Source: the human T2T-CHM13v2.0 reference genome, Homo sapiens
Length of the DNA: 64,000 nucleotides
Assembly: GCF_009914755.1 (NCBI RefSeq)
Contig: NC_060941.1
Strand: one strand, 5' to 3'
Shown in pieces: positions 23,752 to 64,000 of this stretch (position 1 is the stretch's first letter; each line of letters opens with the position of its first letter). The notes beneath the pieces were generated by a model. That model saw nothing but the letters and a program-made list of their open reading frames with translations. It did no database searches and was not told the origin of the DNA. The translations under genes were made by a program, and so were the position numbers.

Positions 23752-24814
23752 GTATAAAATATCTACTTTGTCTTGTCAGAGAAATTGCTGTCCTTAGGCT
23801 TCTAGACAATCTGCTGCCTGAAGTCAAGTGGAGAAGGGCCTTATTTACAATTTAATGTGGTTTGTGACAGAAGTAGAAATGGAGAGCTTCTGCTCACTTT
23901 TGACTCTCCCAGTTTTTCCATTCACTCATTCATTCAATAAATTTGTTGAGCACCTACTATGTACACTCTTAAATATCTTGGTGTTAGCAGAAATTTCCAG
24001 TGTTTCTTCCTTAAAAGGGTGATTTCTCCAGTTTCTCCAAACCAGGAATTATTTCTTAATACTCATGTTTTATGGAAAAATCAGGATTAAAATCTCTACC
24101 AGCACACAAGAGGATACATGATTATACAAAATGAATCTAGCCAACAATGATATCCTTGCACCCAATAGTGACACAGCCTAGATGAGGAAAATATGTAACT
24201 ATCTCTATTTTAAAAGATACCTCTTTTCCTCCCACAGGCTGAAACTTTCAAAAAAAAAAAAAAAATCAGATCTAGAACACCCCGCAAGTAATTTCTTCCC
24301 ATTTTCCTAGTTTTGCTGCCATGTTAACATAAAATCTGGATCCAGGTAGGCCTCTTCATTAGCTTTCTATTTCAGCCATAAAACAATACTACACTTACAG
24401 CTGAATACTGACTCCAAAGCAATGTGCATGCCCACATTTTATCTCAGGGAGGGATTGATTATGTTTCTGCTCCTTCAGAATGAAAACTGTTAGCTTTCTG
24501 AATCCTATTTATCCAAGGTGAGGGAAGACTTTTTAAAGTGGCCAAAAGGAGCACAGGACTTGAGTATTAAAATATAAAGGTGGCCCCCATTCCAGATCTT
24601 TGGTACAGTCATCAACTATAATAATCTGATTGCCCACCCCACCAAAACAGCACATTTTGTAATTAGAAGTGATTTTGATTTTCCTTTTGACCATGTAAAC
24701 AATAGGGGAAATGCCTTGGGAAACTACTTTGCAATGCACTCTCATTTCTCTTAAATACACAACCAGTTCTCCCTTTGATAAGTTCATGGGGGGAAAGAAT
24801 AGAGTAGGCCAAGG

Positions 24815-25002
24815 TTATCGCTTTCGCTCCCCTCTCTGTGTCCTTTTTTTTTCCTTTTCCTTGCGCTCCTGCTTGGCTAGTTTGTCTCTCTCCCTCTGCA
24901 GCTTGTCCTGTTCCTTCTTCCTTTGGGATTCATCCCGAAGTGAGTCTCGCTCCAGTTTTCGGGCATTAAGGACATCTTCCACATTGGTGTTTCGGAACAG
25001 AA
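24815..25002 (-). CDS. CCDC43: CCDC43 exon 5, coding part ([12 protein letters not shown]...RGERKR*)
   Basis: Acceptor tcacctgtag|TT; highly charged coiled-coil tail; TAA at 24817-24815. Confidence 0.95.
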
Positions 25003-26543
25003 CTACAGGTGAGTTAAGGGATTAGGGTACAGGTCACACAGATCACACCTACTGCTGCCTTTCCTCATTCTACTTATCCTCTCTCCACCTGCTGAGTCCT
25101 GAATCGTCTTTATCTATTCCTGGTTTTTTAAAAAAAACCCTTATGTTTATCCTTGGTCTAACAGAGAAATCCTAAAGCTATATTACAAAAGTTTTAAAAT
25201 GTCCTTTGGAATAAAACTCTTATTCAGATTTACCTAAATCTGAATTTTAAAATATTTTACCAAAGAAACAAAAAAATAAGAAAACAAAATATTTCATCAA
25301 AATGAAATTTCATTCTAGAATAAGTACTTATATCATTCAATGGCAGAATATTAGAGAATCTAGGCTAGTTTTGGTGAACAGAGTAGTAATGTAACTGACT
25401 AAATGTTTATGTACTTGGCTCTGTTAAAATGCCTTAAAAGAGTTAAATAAGATGTTTAACCTTATTAAACTTTATCAATTTGCTTTTGTTCCTAGACTAC
25501 TAAAGCTGAAGTGAAAACCACATTCTAATAACCATACACACTGAATCTATAAGAGATAGAAAATGAGTTTAGGCTGGGCGCAGTGGCTCATGCCTGTAAT
25601 CCCAGCACTTGGGAGACTGAGGCAGGTAGATCATGAGGTCAGGAGATCGAGACCATCCTGGCTAACAGGTGAAACCCCGTCTCTACTAAAAATACAAAAA
25701 ATTAGCCGGGCATGGTGGCACACACACCTGTAGTCCCAGCTACTCGGGAGGCTAAGGCAGGAGAATCACTTTAACCCAGGAGGCGGAGGCTGCAGTGAGC
25801 CGAGATCGCACCACTGCACTCCAGCCTGGGCAACAGAGCGAGACTCTGTCCCAAAAAAAAGAAAAAAAAAAGTGTTTGGTGTTTGTATTCTCTGACAAAT
25901 TATAAGGTTTTTGAGGAAAAAGAGAAAATTTCAACATTATTTTATTATTTTTTGAGACACAGTCTCACTCTCATATCCCAGGCCAGAGTGCAGTGGCAAG
26001 ATCTCGGCTCACTGCAGCCTTGACTTCCTGGGCTCAGGTGATTCTCCCACCTCAGCCTCCTGAGTATCTGGGACTATGACTATAGGCACATGCCACTACA
26101 CCTGGCTAGTGTTTTGTATTTTTTTTAGTAGAGACAGGGTTTTGCCATGTTGCCCAGGCTGGTCTCAAACTCCTGGGCTCAAACGATCCACCTGTCTCGG
26201 CTTCCCAAAGTGCCAGGACTACAGGTGTAAGCCATCACGCCTGACCTCAATATTATTTTAATTTTCTCCCTAATGCTGGGCAACTCAGAGTATAGATTTT
26301 TATTTTTCCCTTAGAAATCCTTCCTCCAAACTAATCCCTTTACAGTACTTGTTAACTTGTTTTCTCTGGGGAAAGTTCTTGCTAAACTGACTATCTAGGG
26401 CTGTCCTAGGAATAGGGCTCCCAATGTTAGCATGACATGAGTTCCTGAAGGTAAAGGGGAGCCGCCAGCAATGACAGCAAAATAAAAACTGATCTCAAGA
26501 GGACTCTATGGAGAAACACATAGGGAGGGACCCAGAAGGATAC
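25003..26543 (-). other. CCDC43: CCDC43 intron 4: U12-type (minor spliceosome) GT-AG intron
   Basis: 5' end GTATCCTTCT; branch site TCCCTTAAC (25021-25013) followed by only 10 nt (TCACCTGTAG) to the intron end; no long polypyrimidine tract. Confidence 0.92.
25572..26245. mobile_element. Sense Alu (~25572-25871) and antisense Alu (~25940-26245) in CCDC43 intron 4
   Basis: Alu consensus. Confidence 0.9.
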
Positions 26544-26602
26544 GTTTGTCAGAACCAATGTTCATTGTGGTAGCACCTGAATCATCCTTCTCATCTGCTT
26601 CA
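26544..26602 (-). CDS. CCDC43: CCDC43 exon 4 (59 nt; EADEKDDSGATTMNIGSDK)
   Basis: Bounded by AC| upstream and |GTATCCTT downstream; restores the frame between exons 3 and 5. Confidence 0.93.
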
Positions 26603-26873
26603 GTAAGTGATGTTAAGGAAAGTCAGATGGAAAACAACATCCCAACCTAACATTAGAAAACATTCAATAGACTGGTAAGTAGGAAAAGCACACTGAATGG
26701 AGGGAGCACATTATCAGGGATATGGCGATAAACCCAGGAGATTCATCTTTGGAAACCTCAACTTAGGAAAGATTGATATATCTTCTATAAGATCCTTTTC
26801 TTGGAGGCTGAAAAGAAACTTAAGTTGGTCTGGGTGGATTGCCACATTACCTGGAAGCCAGATGACCTTTAAA

Positions 26874-27013
26874 CAGTGGTTCTCAAAGTGTGGTTCACAA
26901 AACCCCCAGGAATATATTAGAAATACACATTCTTGGGACCTATGCCAAACCTACTAAATTGTGGGTGAAGCCCAGCAATCTGTGTTTTAACAAGTCCTCC
27001 AGGAGAACCACTG
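26874..27013. mobile_element. MER5-like hAT MITE in the AT-AC intron
   Basis: TIRs CAGTGGTTCTC / GAGAACCACTG; near-TSD ctttaaa. Confidence 0.75.
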
Positions 27014-27115
27014 CTTTAAAAGTCCTTTTCTAGCCCAAGATGAGAAATTATGTCACCGGAACCATAGCTCTGCCAACCCTGGCAAGAAAACTCGTAAAAA
27101 AAAAATTAGAAGAGA

Positions 27116-27650
<535 letters not shown>

Positions 27651-27961
27651 TTATACAAATATAAAGAATTACAGCTATATTGTATTTTCTGAAAGCATAA
27701 TATAAATGGACTATTAAGACATTATTTGTTTTACACCAAAGTTTTCAGGAATATAATGATTATGTGTTGAAAAATATAAGTCCAGTATCAACTAATCCAA
27801 TATCACTCCGCATATCCACAAAGGGCCATAGATTACTGCCATTTTAGAGGGGAAAATTAAGCTATAGAGGGGGATTAGCAACTTGCCAAAGGTCACTGTA
27901 AACCCACAAATATGTCTGGCTTGAGCTTTAGGGAATGGTGCCGAGACTCCAGAAAGGATAT

Positions 27962-28097
27962 TCCTCTTCATCTGTCACATCAGCATACTGGGCCAGGAGG
28001 GCAGCTTTTCTCTGCTTCTCCTCTTCTGACACCATCCTTGGCTTTACTACGATTTGTGCCTGCTTCTCAATTAGGGTGGCAATGGCCTGTACTTCAT
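27962..28097 (-). CDS. CCDC43: CCDC43 exon 3 ([13 protein letters not shown]...YADVTDEED)
   Basis: Acceptor ctcccag|AT, 136 nt, lies within ORF 27928-28299; ends at the U12 donor ATATCCTT. Confidence 0.95.
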
Positions 28098-28535
28098 CTG
28101 GGAGGTGGTGGAAGGAAGAACAAGGTTGTATGAGAGAGAACAAGCTCACTGAACCACTAGTCCACATAGGCAGCACTTGTACTGAAGACATTGGCATCTG
28201 CTGCCTCCTTAGAGCCTGGCAGTTCAAAGGACATGGCTCGGGGGCCATTGAGAAAGGAAAGGAAAGGCCATGCAGGCCAAGCTTTGTATCCATCTTCAAT
28301 CAGAGCAGCCCTGATTTTACTTGTTTTATATACTGAAGTTCTGCTGCCTTAAAAAAAAAAAAAAAAAAAAAAGGTTGAAAAGCACTGCATTAGAACCACA
28401 GAAAACTAAGCCTCTGAACACTCAACTTCCCCATGGCATCCCAAAAACCTAAGCAGGAATCTAAAATCAACTTAAGCTGGTCCTGTTTATGTTTCTGATT
28501 ATGCCAGGTGGAATTCTTAGATTAAGAATATTTTG

Positions 28536-34412
<5,877 letters not shown>

Positions 34413-35508
34413 CATGGTACATTTTGATTCTATTACTAGCCTTTCAAAATTGGTTTTGAGAATAACAAAGAACCCATTTTTCTAACCTGTCCATTGTAAT
34501 AAATGCCAGAGGATAAAGCCTTTGATGGACAGACAGGTGGCTCTCACAGTAGCAATCAGGTATCCAGGATCTCCTCTAATCCATGAATGCAGAGACAACT
34601 CTAGCTTCTACAGCATTTAGTGATGATTCAAGTAAATTTTATTTTTAAGCTTATATTTAAAAGGAAACAATTTGTTAGACAGCCACAGGTAGCACCTACA
34701 ACCAATTTAATCTGTAATAACCAGTCTAATAAGTGTGTATGTTGGAGGTGTGGGAAGTGAAGATGAAGGCAGCAGAAATGATCAGGTTGAAAAAGTGGAC
34801 ATCTGGGTGACTTACTATGTAAACATAGCTTAAAGTACACATTTCTGAATACCTTGCTTCTAACAGGCTAAGGACTAAGTTTCTCTCTCTTCGTTAAAGC
34901 TCTGATCTCTCTCATACCCTCCTTCCCACCACCAATGATTACTGTAAATACTGTAATGGATCAAGCACGACGTTTGCTTCAGTTCTGCGTGGGCATGAAA
35001 AGACTTCTACCACCAGCTTACCTTTTATGGACTCCTACATCCATATAAGAATCAAAAGGGCACTTCCTGCAGGCTTCTGTCATGGGACAGCCCTGGGAAC
35101 TGCCTTGTAATAGGCACAGACCTCCCAAGAGCATTTTAATACCCCCAGTGAACACTGTAAACGGATGGAAATGGAATTGGTCGTCAGATATTTATGATAA
35201 CATTCCCATTCTGACATTTCAATGCCTTCGGAAGAACCCTCCTCGGCTCACTCACAAGCATCGGAGAGGGCCTTGTCCCCAAGAATACGAGAAAGCCCTT
35301 CCTCTCTGTGTACCTGCAGCTTTCAGGCTTCCCACACCTGGTTGGGGAGCAACCTCCTTCCCCCGCCGCCCAGATATCAGAGGAGTATACCTCTCCCAGG
35401 TGAGACCACTGAGCCTCTGGGATACCCGGTAGGGGAGGGAGGGTGCAAAGTACTGACAGGTCCTCAGATGCTGGCCAGAGGCTGAAGGAATGTGTCCAGG
35501 CTACTCAC

Positions 35509-35712
35509 CAGGAAAGCAGAGAGGATCCCCTGCAGAGCGTCCAGCTTCTCTTCTTCCTCCTCCTCCTGCAGGATACCCAAGATGTAGGCTCCATAAACGG
35601 CTCGGTCCACTCCCAGTGCCTCCAACCGTCCGTCCAGCCAGGAGCCAAAGCCGCCGCCTCCGCCATCGCCTTCGCCAGGGGCTATCGCGGCCACTTCGCT
35701 GGGCGCCGCCAT
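35509..35712 (-). CDS. CCDC43: CCDC43 exon 1, coding part ([15 protein letters not shown]...GILSAFL)
   Basis: AAGATGG strong Kozak, 68 codons, donor CTG|GTGAGT; spliced CDS 675 nt = 224 aa + stop. Confidence 0.95.
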
Positions 35713-36170
35713 CTTGGGGTCAGGGTCCTGCAAGCCCCTAGGGCGCCTACCGCAGTGCCTGACGGGCCGCGCCGCAGGTCCACCGCGCATGCCTGAAGAG
35801 GAAGCCCAGGCCCGTAAGTGCAAAGAGCGCAGCCGTGTCGGCCGGCTTGAGAGTTTTGTGCTTTCTAGATGAAGCGCGTCTTCGCATACGTGCGGTCGCG
35901 TGATCTCACAAGATGCTTGGCATGTGAGTATTCTTAACAGACTCATTCTACAGTTCGGGAAGTTGAGAGAGGTGCAGTAATTTGGCCAAAGTCACGCGGC
36001 TAATAACTACCCAGGACTGGAGCTCAGCGTGGATGCCATCGCTTCCTCCACCCGACCGAGCTGCCTTCCCCGCGCTTTCGGGGGATGCTGGCCGCCCACT
36101 CCCACACAGCTGTCTGGCAAGAACCTCCTGACAGCCTGGAATACCCTCGTCGTCGCTACCGACGGCTACC
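35600..36170 (-). promoter_or_regulatory. CCDC43: CpG island / promoter of CCDC43
   Basis: CpG-rich; YY1 consensus CAAGATGGCGGC overlapping the ATG; NRF1-like GCGCATGC at 35785-35792. Confidence 0.75.
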
Positions 36171-36443
36171 ACCTTCACCTGTACAAGCCCTTCCCTGTCA
36201 AAGTAAAGGTTGCAGAAAACCTTCCCTGATTCCATGGTAGGCACTCAGTAAATAAACAGGCAACCTCAAGTTATTTCTTCCACTCATTGATTCAACGCGT
36301 GCACGGGACTATTCTTTGAGAAGCGTACCCCACCCTCTGCTAGGCACTGTGCCAAAAGCTTTTCATGCATTATCTCTTGTAATCCTCCCTACAGCCCTGT
36401 GGGGAGATGCTTTTATTGTCCACATTTTAAAGATAAGGAGACA

Positions 36444-37050
<607 letters not shown>

Positions 37051-38254
37051 ACTAAAGATAAGGAGACAGATATGGAGAGAGTCACACAACTAGAGGGCGC
37101 CTAACCAGTGGCAAGAACTCTTCTTTGGCAGAGTTATGAGAGCTTCAGCTGACGTCAAAACACCTGGCTCTGGGCTGGAATGAATTACCCAAGAATTTGG
37201 TTGGCTTTAGCTGAAGTGCAGAGGAAGCTGGCAAGGTCCTGGCTAACTCCTTCCTCAAATATGTACTGAGTACCTTCAGTATGGCATTGTTGCTGGCACT
37301 GAAAACACAAAAATGAATGTCACAAAATATATGTCCTCAGGGGTTTTTAATCCATTAGGAACAGACATGTTTAAACAAATGATGACAATATAGTGATATA
37401 AATGTTTTAATGGAGCTTTATCTAGCGGAGATTGCAGTAGGATGCCTAGAAGATTGAGTTAACTTTACCTGTTGGAGTGGAGTTGGAAGCAGGTGGGGAG
37501 AGGTTCATAGGAAATCCAGGAAGGCTTCCCAGTGGAGATGATGCTTGAACTTTCTTGAAGAATGGTAGGAGTTCTTTACATAAAGGGACTGGAGGGAAAA
37601 AGGGGGTAGATCCAGATGCAGGGGAACTGTGAATTCAAAGGCTTGCTAGGGGGCCTCCAGAGAGTCATGTATGGCTTGAGCTACAGGATTCAAATAGAAG
37701 ATATTCAGGGGATAACAACAAAAAAAGAAGGAAAGGAGTTTGTATACCTTGCAGAGGTCCTCTTATTGCAGAGGTCTACCCTTAGTGGCATTGGGATTAT
37801 GTAAATGAATGGACACTAAATGAATGGCACAGATACAAATGTAAGAAATATGGCAGAGTGTGAATTTTAGTTGCGTGGCTTCTGTGTGCTCGCTGAGTTA
37901 GATAGAATGTGACACTAACAGAGTCAGAGGCCAGAGTCAGCCTCCAAAGGCTTGCCTCTTTTTCAAGTCCTCAGTTATTCTTTCTAATCTAGTAGCTGTC
38001 TTGCAGGTAGGGCTTGTCAGTTCACAGACCTGGGTGCCATCATGGCTCAAGGATGATAGCTGGTCAGTGCAGAGCCCCCAAACCAGAAAAACATCACAAA
38101 ATTTTGTTTTTTAGAAATACAGCCTCACAAGAAGTTTCAAAAATAGTACATAGAGTCCTGCACACCTTCACCCAGTTTCCCCCAATAGTAACATCAAACA
38201 TAAAGACAGTATAATAGTAAATCAGGAAATTGATATAGGTATTATGCAATAAGG

Positions 38255-52610
<14,356 letters not shown>

Positions 52611-52997
52611 CCCTAAATACATTTATATTTTAAAGTATTTTCATTTTTTGGAGTTGCATAGTGTTGCACAGTATGACTACACCATAATTTATTTAACCTA
52701 CTGCCCGTTGTTAATCAATATTTTCGTTGCTTTTGATCTTTTGGTATTGCAAACAATGCTGAGGCAGATACCTTTATTATACAAATTCTGTCACACATGT
52801 GAAAAAAGAACATGCTGAACCATCTTGCCTCTTAAAGTTTCTGCTTGGAAGTGATGTCACTTTTTTCTTTTTTCATGAGCCAAAGCAAGTCATATGGCCA
52901 AGGCTTCGTTCGTTCATCAGGGCTGAGATGTATAAGCTTCCTCAGGGAGGAGTCCCACTGGAAGAGATACCAAGTTTATGTACTGTATATACCTCTA

Positions 52998-54100
<1,103 letters not shown>

Positions 54101-54709
54101 TTTTTGTGGGGAGGTCCCCAGCTCTCCACTGAATGATCTCTTATTAGATCAAATTTGATCTCTAATTAGCAGTCTAATTAGATGGGTTGAAGAAAAGATG
54201 GGAAGTGAGGGATAAAGATACGTCTTTTGAGAAGTTTTGTTGGGCAGGTAATAATTGAAGAACGGGAGGGGGACAAAAATGTGAAGATGAAATGATGTGT
54301 AAGTGAAATCTTTATGTAAACTGCAAATGCTCTGCAAGTGTTAGGCTTATTTTGTTATTTAGTATTCAAACTTCTAGGAATTTCAATGCAGCTCAGTGTG
54401 AAGAATCACTAAAAAGCGACCACTAGTCCTCAACTTGAGGGCCATTAAGGGGCAAAGCCGTCTAGCCAGTGAAGAGCCAAGAAATGAAGAGACGGTTTGA
54501 GAAGACGTAGGCGGTGGGGGAACGGAAAGAGGAATCGCGAAACTAATATTGTCCTTCCAAGGACACCGTAGGGCGGATCTCGCAGCTACGGCGTTCTTTT
54601 AGGGGTGGAGCCGGCAGGAAATTTAAACTGAAGCCGCGGCCGAAAACGCCAAGAGATTGATGCTGTAGCTGCCCTGAGATAACCAGGACTGTGGAATCGG
54701 GAAGAGCTC

Positions 54710-54781
54710 ATGGAGCTCGCGAATGTAATACGGAGGCCTCTGAGGAAGGAGTACGGAGGCCGAGAAGGAGCCGGCATTTGA
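54710..54781 (+). other. uORF (23 aa, MELANVIRRPLRKEYGGREGAGI*) whose TGA overlaps the DBF4B ATG
   Basis: Direct translation; TGATG at 54779-54783. Whether it is translated in vivo is not shown. Confidence 0.6.
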
Positions 54782-54799
54782 TGAGCGAACCGGGAAAGG
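54781..54799 (+). CDS. DBF4B: DBF4B (Drf1/ASKL1, CDC7 activator) coding exon 1 (MSEPGK)
   Basis: ATG AGC GAA CCG GGA AAG G|GTACGC; joins exon 2 to give the recalled DBF4B N-terminus MSEPGKGDDCLELESSMAESRLRAPDLG. Confidence 0.85.
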
Positions 54800-55263
54800 G
54801 TACGCATGCCGGGAAGGGGAGAAAGAAAGGCGGAAGGGGTCGTTAATAGCTGAGGCGAGGTGCGGAGTCGTGGAGGGGGCTTAGGAAGTGACCAGCGGGT
54901 AGGTGCCGAAGCTGAGGAGGGTATAGGGGCCGGGAAGGAGCCACAGGAGTTGAGGGGACCGAGGAATGAAGGTGGCAGAGGAACGTAGGGGACAACAGCC
55001 TGGAGGGATGTATGGAGATTGAGATGGACAGGAGGTGGCCAAGAGGTCACGGCCGTTGACTGAACGGAGTCTGAAAGGAGGCGGAGGGCATGAGGGGCAA
55101 GAGCCTGGCGGGAGTCGCGGGATGTAGGTCGGAATGGAGTTGAGTCTTGCTGTTCCCAGGAGTCGCGTTTCTGTGCGCGTTTTGGGAGACAGTAGTGGGC
55201 GGGAGGCATGGAAGTTCCAAGGGTTGGTGAAGATGGTTGAGTTGCTGTTATGTCCTTTCTCAG

Positions 55264-55326
55264 GAGACGATTGCCTCGAGCTGGAGAGTTCCATGGCTGA
55301 GAGTAGGCTCCGGGCCCCGGACCTAG
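55264..55326 (+). CDS. DBF4B: DBF4B exon 2 (GDDCLELESSMAESRLRAPDL)
   Basis: Acceptor cctttctcag|GA, 63 nt, donor TAG|GTGGGT; the gene continues beyond the window. Confidence 0.88.
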   Translation, partial: ETIASSWRVPWLRVGSGPRT

Positions 55327-55449
55327 GTGGGTAACAGGACAGAACTAGGGACGTGAGGTGAAAATTGCCCCAGGGTCTCTTGGAGAAGACCGAAAAATGT
55401 TCCCCCTGTTGGAGTTTTCGATCACTCAGTGTTTTTATGTACTTATTTA

Positions 55450-59689
<4,240 letters not shown>

Positions 59690-59927
59690 TCACTAATTCA
59701 GGTCCAAACTCTTCACCAGAGTATGGGCCTTCTCTCAATACTTTCAAGCTCATCAGAGGATCTGTCAATTTGTCTTGGAGACATAGCGTTTTAGTACTCC
59801 AGTCTGGCCTGGCTGTGTACTAGGCCTATTGCACTGATTTCATCCTCCGATCTCCCCTCGTTATTCTGTGGAATTCTTTTTGCCTCTTTCCTGTGTTGGA
59901 TCTCCTGTATTTTAAATTCTATATTTT

Positions 59928-60290
59928 TTACACCATGGAATACTACTTAGCCATAAAAAGGAACAAAATAAGTTCTGCAGCAACTTGGATGGAGCTGGAG
60001 GCCATTACTGTAAGTGAAGTAACTCAGGAATGGAAAACCAAATACCATTTAGTTTTCACTTGTAAGTGGGAGCTAAGCTGTGAGGATGCAAAGACATGCA
60101 AAGTCATATAATGGACTTTGGGGATTTGATGAGGGGGAAGGTTAGGAGAGGGGTGAGGGATAAAAGATTACATATTGGGTACAGTGTACATTGCTTGGGT
60201 GACAGGTGCACTAAAATCTCATAATTCACTGTAGAACTCATCCAGGTAACCAAAAACTACCTGTACCCCAGAAGCTATTGAAATAAATAA
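59928..60290 (+). mobile_element. L1PB-like 3' end
   Basis: tacaccatggaatactacttagccataaaaaggaac...gaagctattgaaataaataa. Confidence 0.8.
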
Positions 60291-60583
60291 TACTTTTGAA
60301 AATGAAGTATAAGTTTGGGGAGCCCCACAGCAATATTTGGCTTTCCTGAAATTCTGTATAAATTTAGACAAGACTATCTCAACATTTATCCATCTATATG
60401 CCGATGTGGTAACAGTCTCTGTATGTTTTTTGTGTTTGTTTTTAACTTTCACTAAACAAGTAAGAGGTATCCTTCATTCCATTTCTACCCCTTACTAACA
60501 GTATGATCTTGGGCATACAAGATTTCTCTGTGCCTCAGTTTCCTGTAACTGTAATTATTATAACTGTAAAACAGGTATAATAA

Positions 60584-64000
<3,417 letters not shown>

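Larger units (their letters stand above)
54480..55330 (+). promoter_or_regulatory. DBF4B: CpG island / promoter and 5' leader of DBF4B
   Basis: CpG-rich and G-skewed; CDE/CHR-like GGCAG-GAAA-TTTAAA at 54613-54627. Confidence 0.75.

Noticed and set aside
26601-26608. Plus-strand donor-like CA|GTAAGT opposite CCDC43 exon 4
   Set aside because: It is the reverse complement of the U12 3' end (ACTTAC|TG); no supporting plus-strand exon was identified.
54586-55294. 207-aa and 137-aa minus-strand ORFs at the DBF4B promoter
   Set aside because: Pro/Ser-rich products of G-skewed CpG-island DNA. Divergent non-coding transcription is possible but cannot be shown from sequence alone.

Overview
Human (or very close primate) genomic DNA, Alu-rich, recognisable as the chr17q21.31 MEIOC-CCDC43-DBF4B locus (gene identity from recall of the protein sequences, not from a database search). 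It contains the complete 8-exon MEIOC CDS (+, 2566-20155; exons sum to 2859 nt = 952 aa + stop) and the complete 5-exon CCDC43 CDS (-, 35712-24815; 675 nt = 224 aa + stop), which are convergent. It also contains the promoter and first two coding exons of DBF4B (+, from 54781). Each gene starts in a CpG island. Nearly all other ORFs in the track are Alu/L1 artefacts. I found no evidence of a wholly new gene system. The most notable structures are: (1) two consecutive minor-spliceosome (U12-type) introns in CCDC43, one AT-AC and one GT-AG, flanking a 59-nt exon whose skipping would give an NMD-escaping truncated protein; (2) three uORFs in the DBF4B leader, including a 23-codon uORF whose stop overlaps the main start (TGATG); (3) three in-frame alternative first-exon donors in MEIOC; (4) a 3'-truncated U2 snRNA retrocopy with a perfect 13-bp target-site duplication; (5) a recent 100-bp tandem duplication in the MEIOC 3'UTR; and (6) several template-switch scars and nested transposons. 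Repeat subfamily names are by eye and boundaries are approximate.
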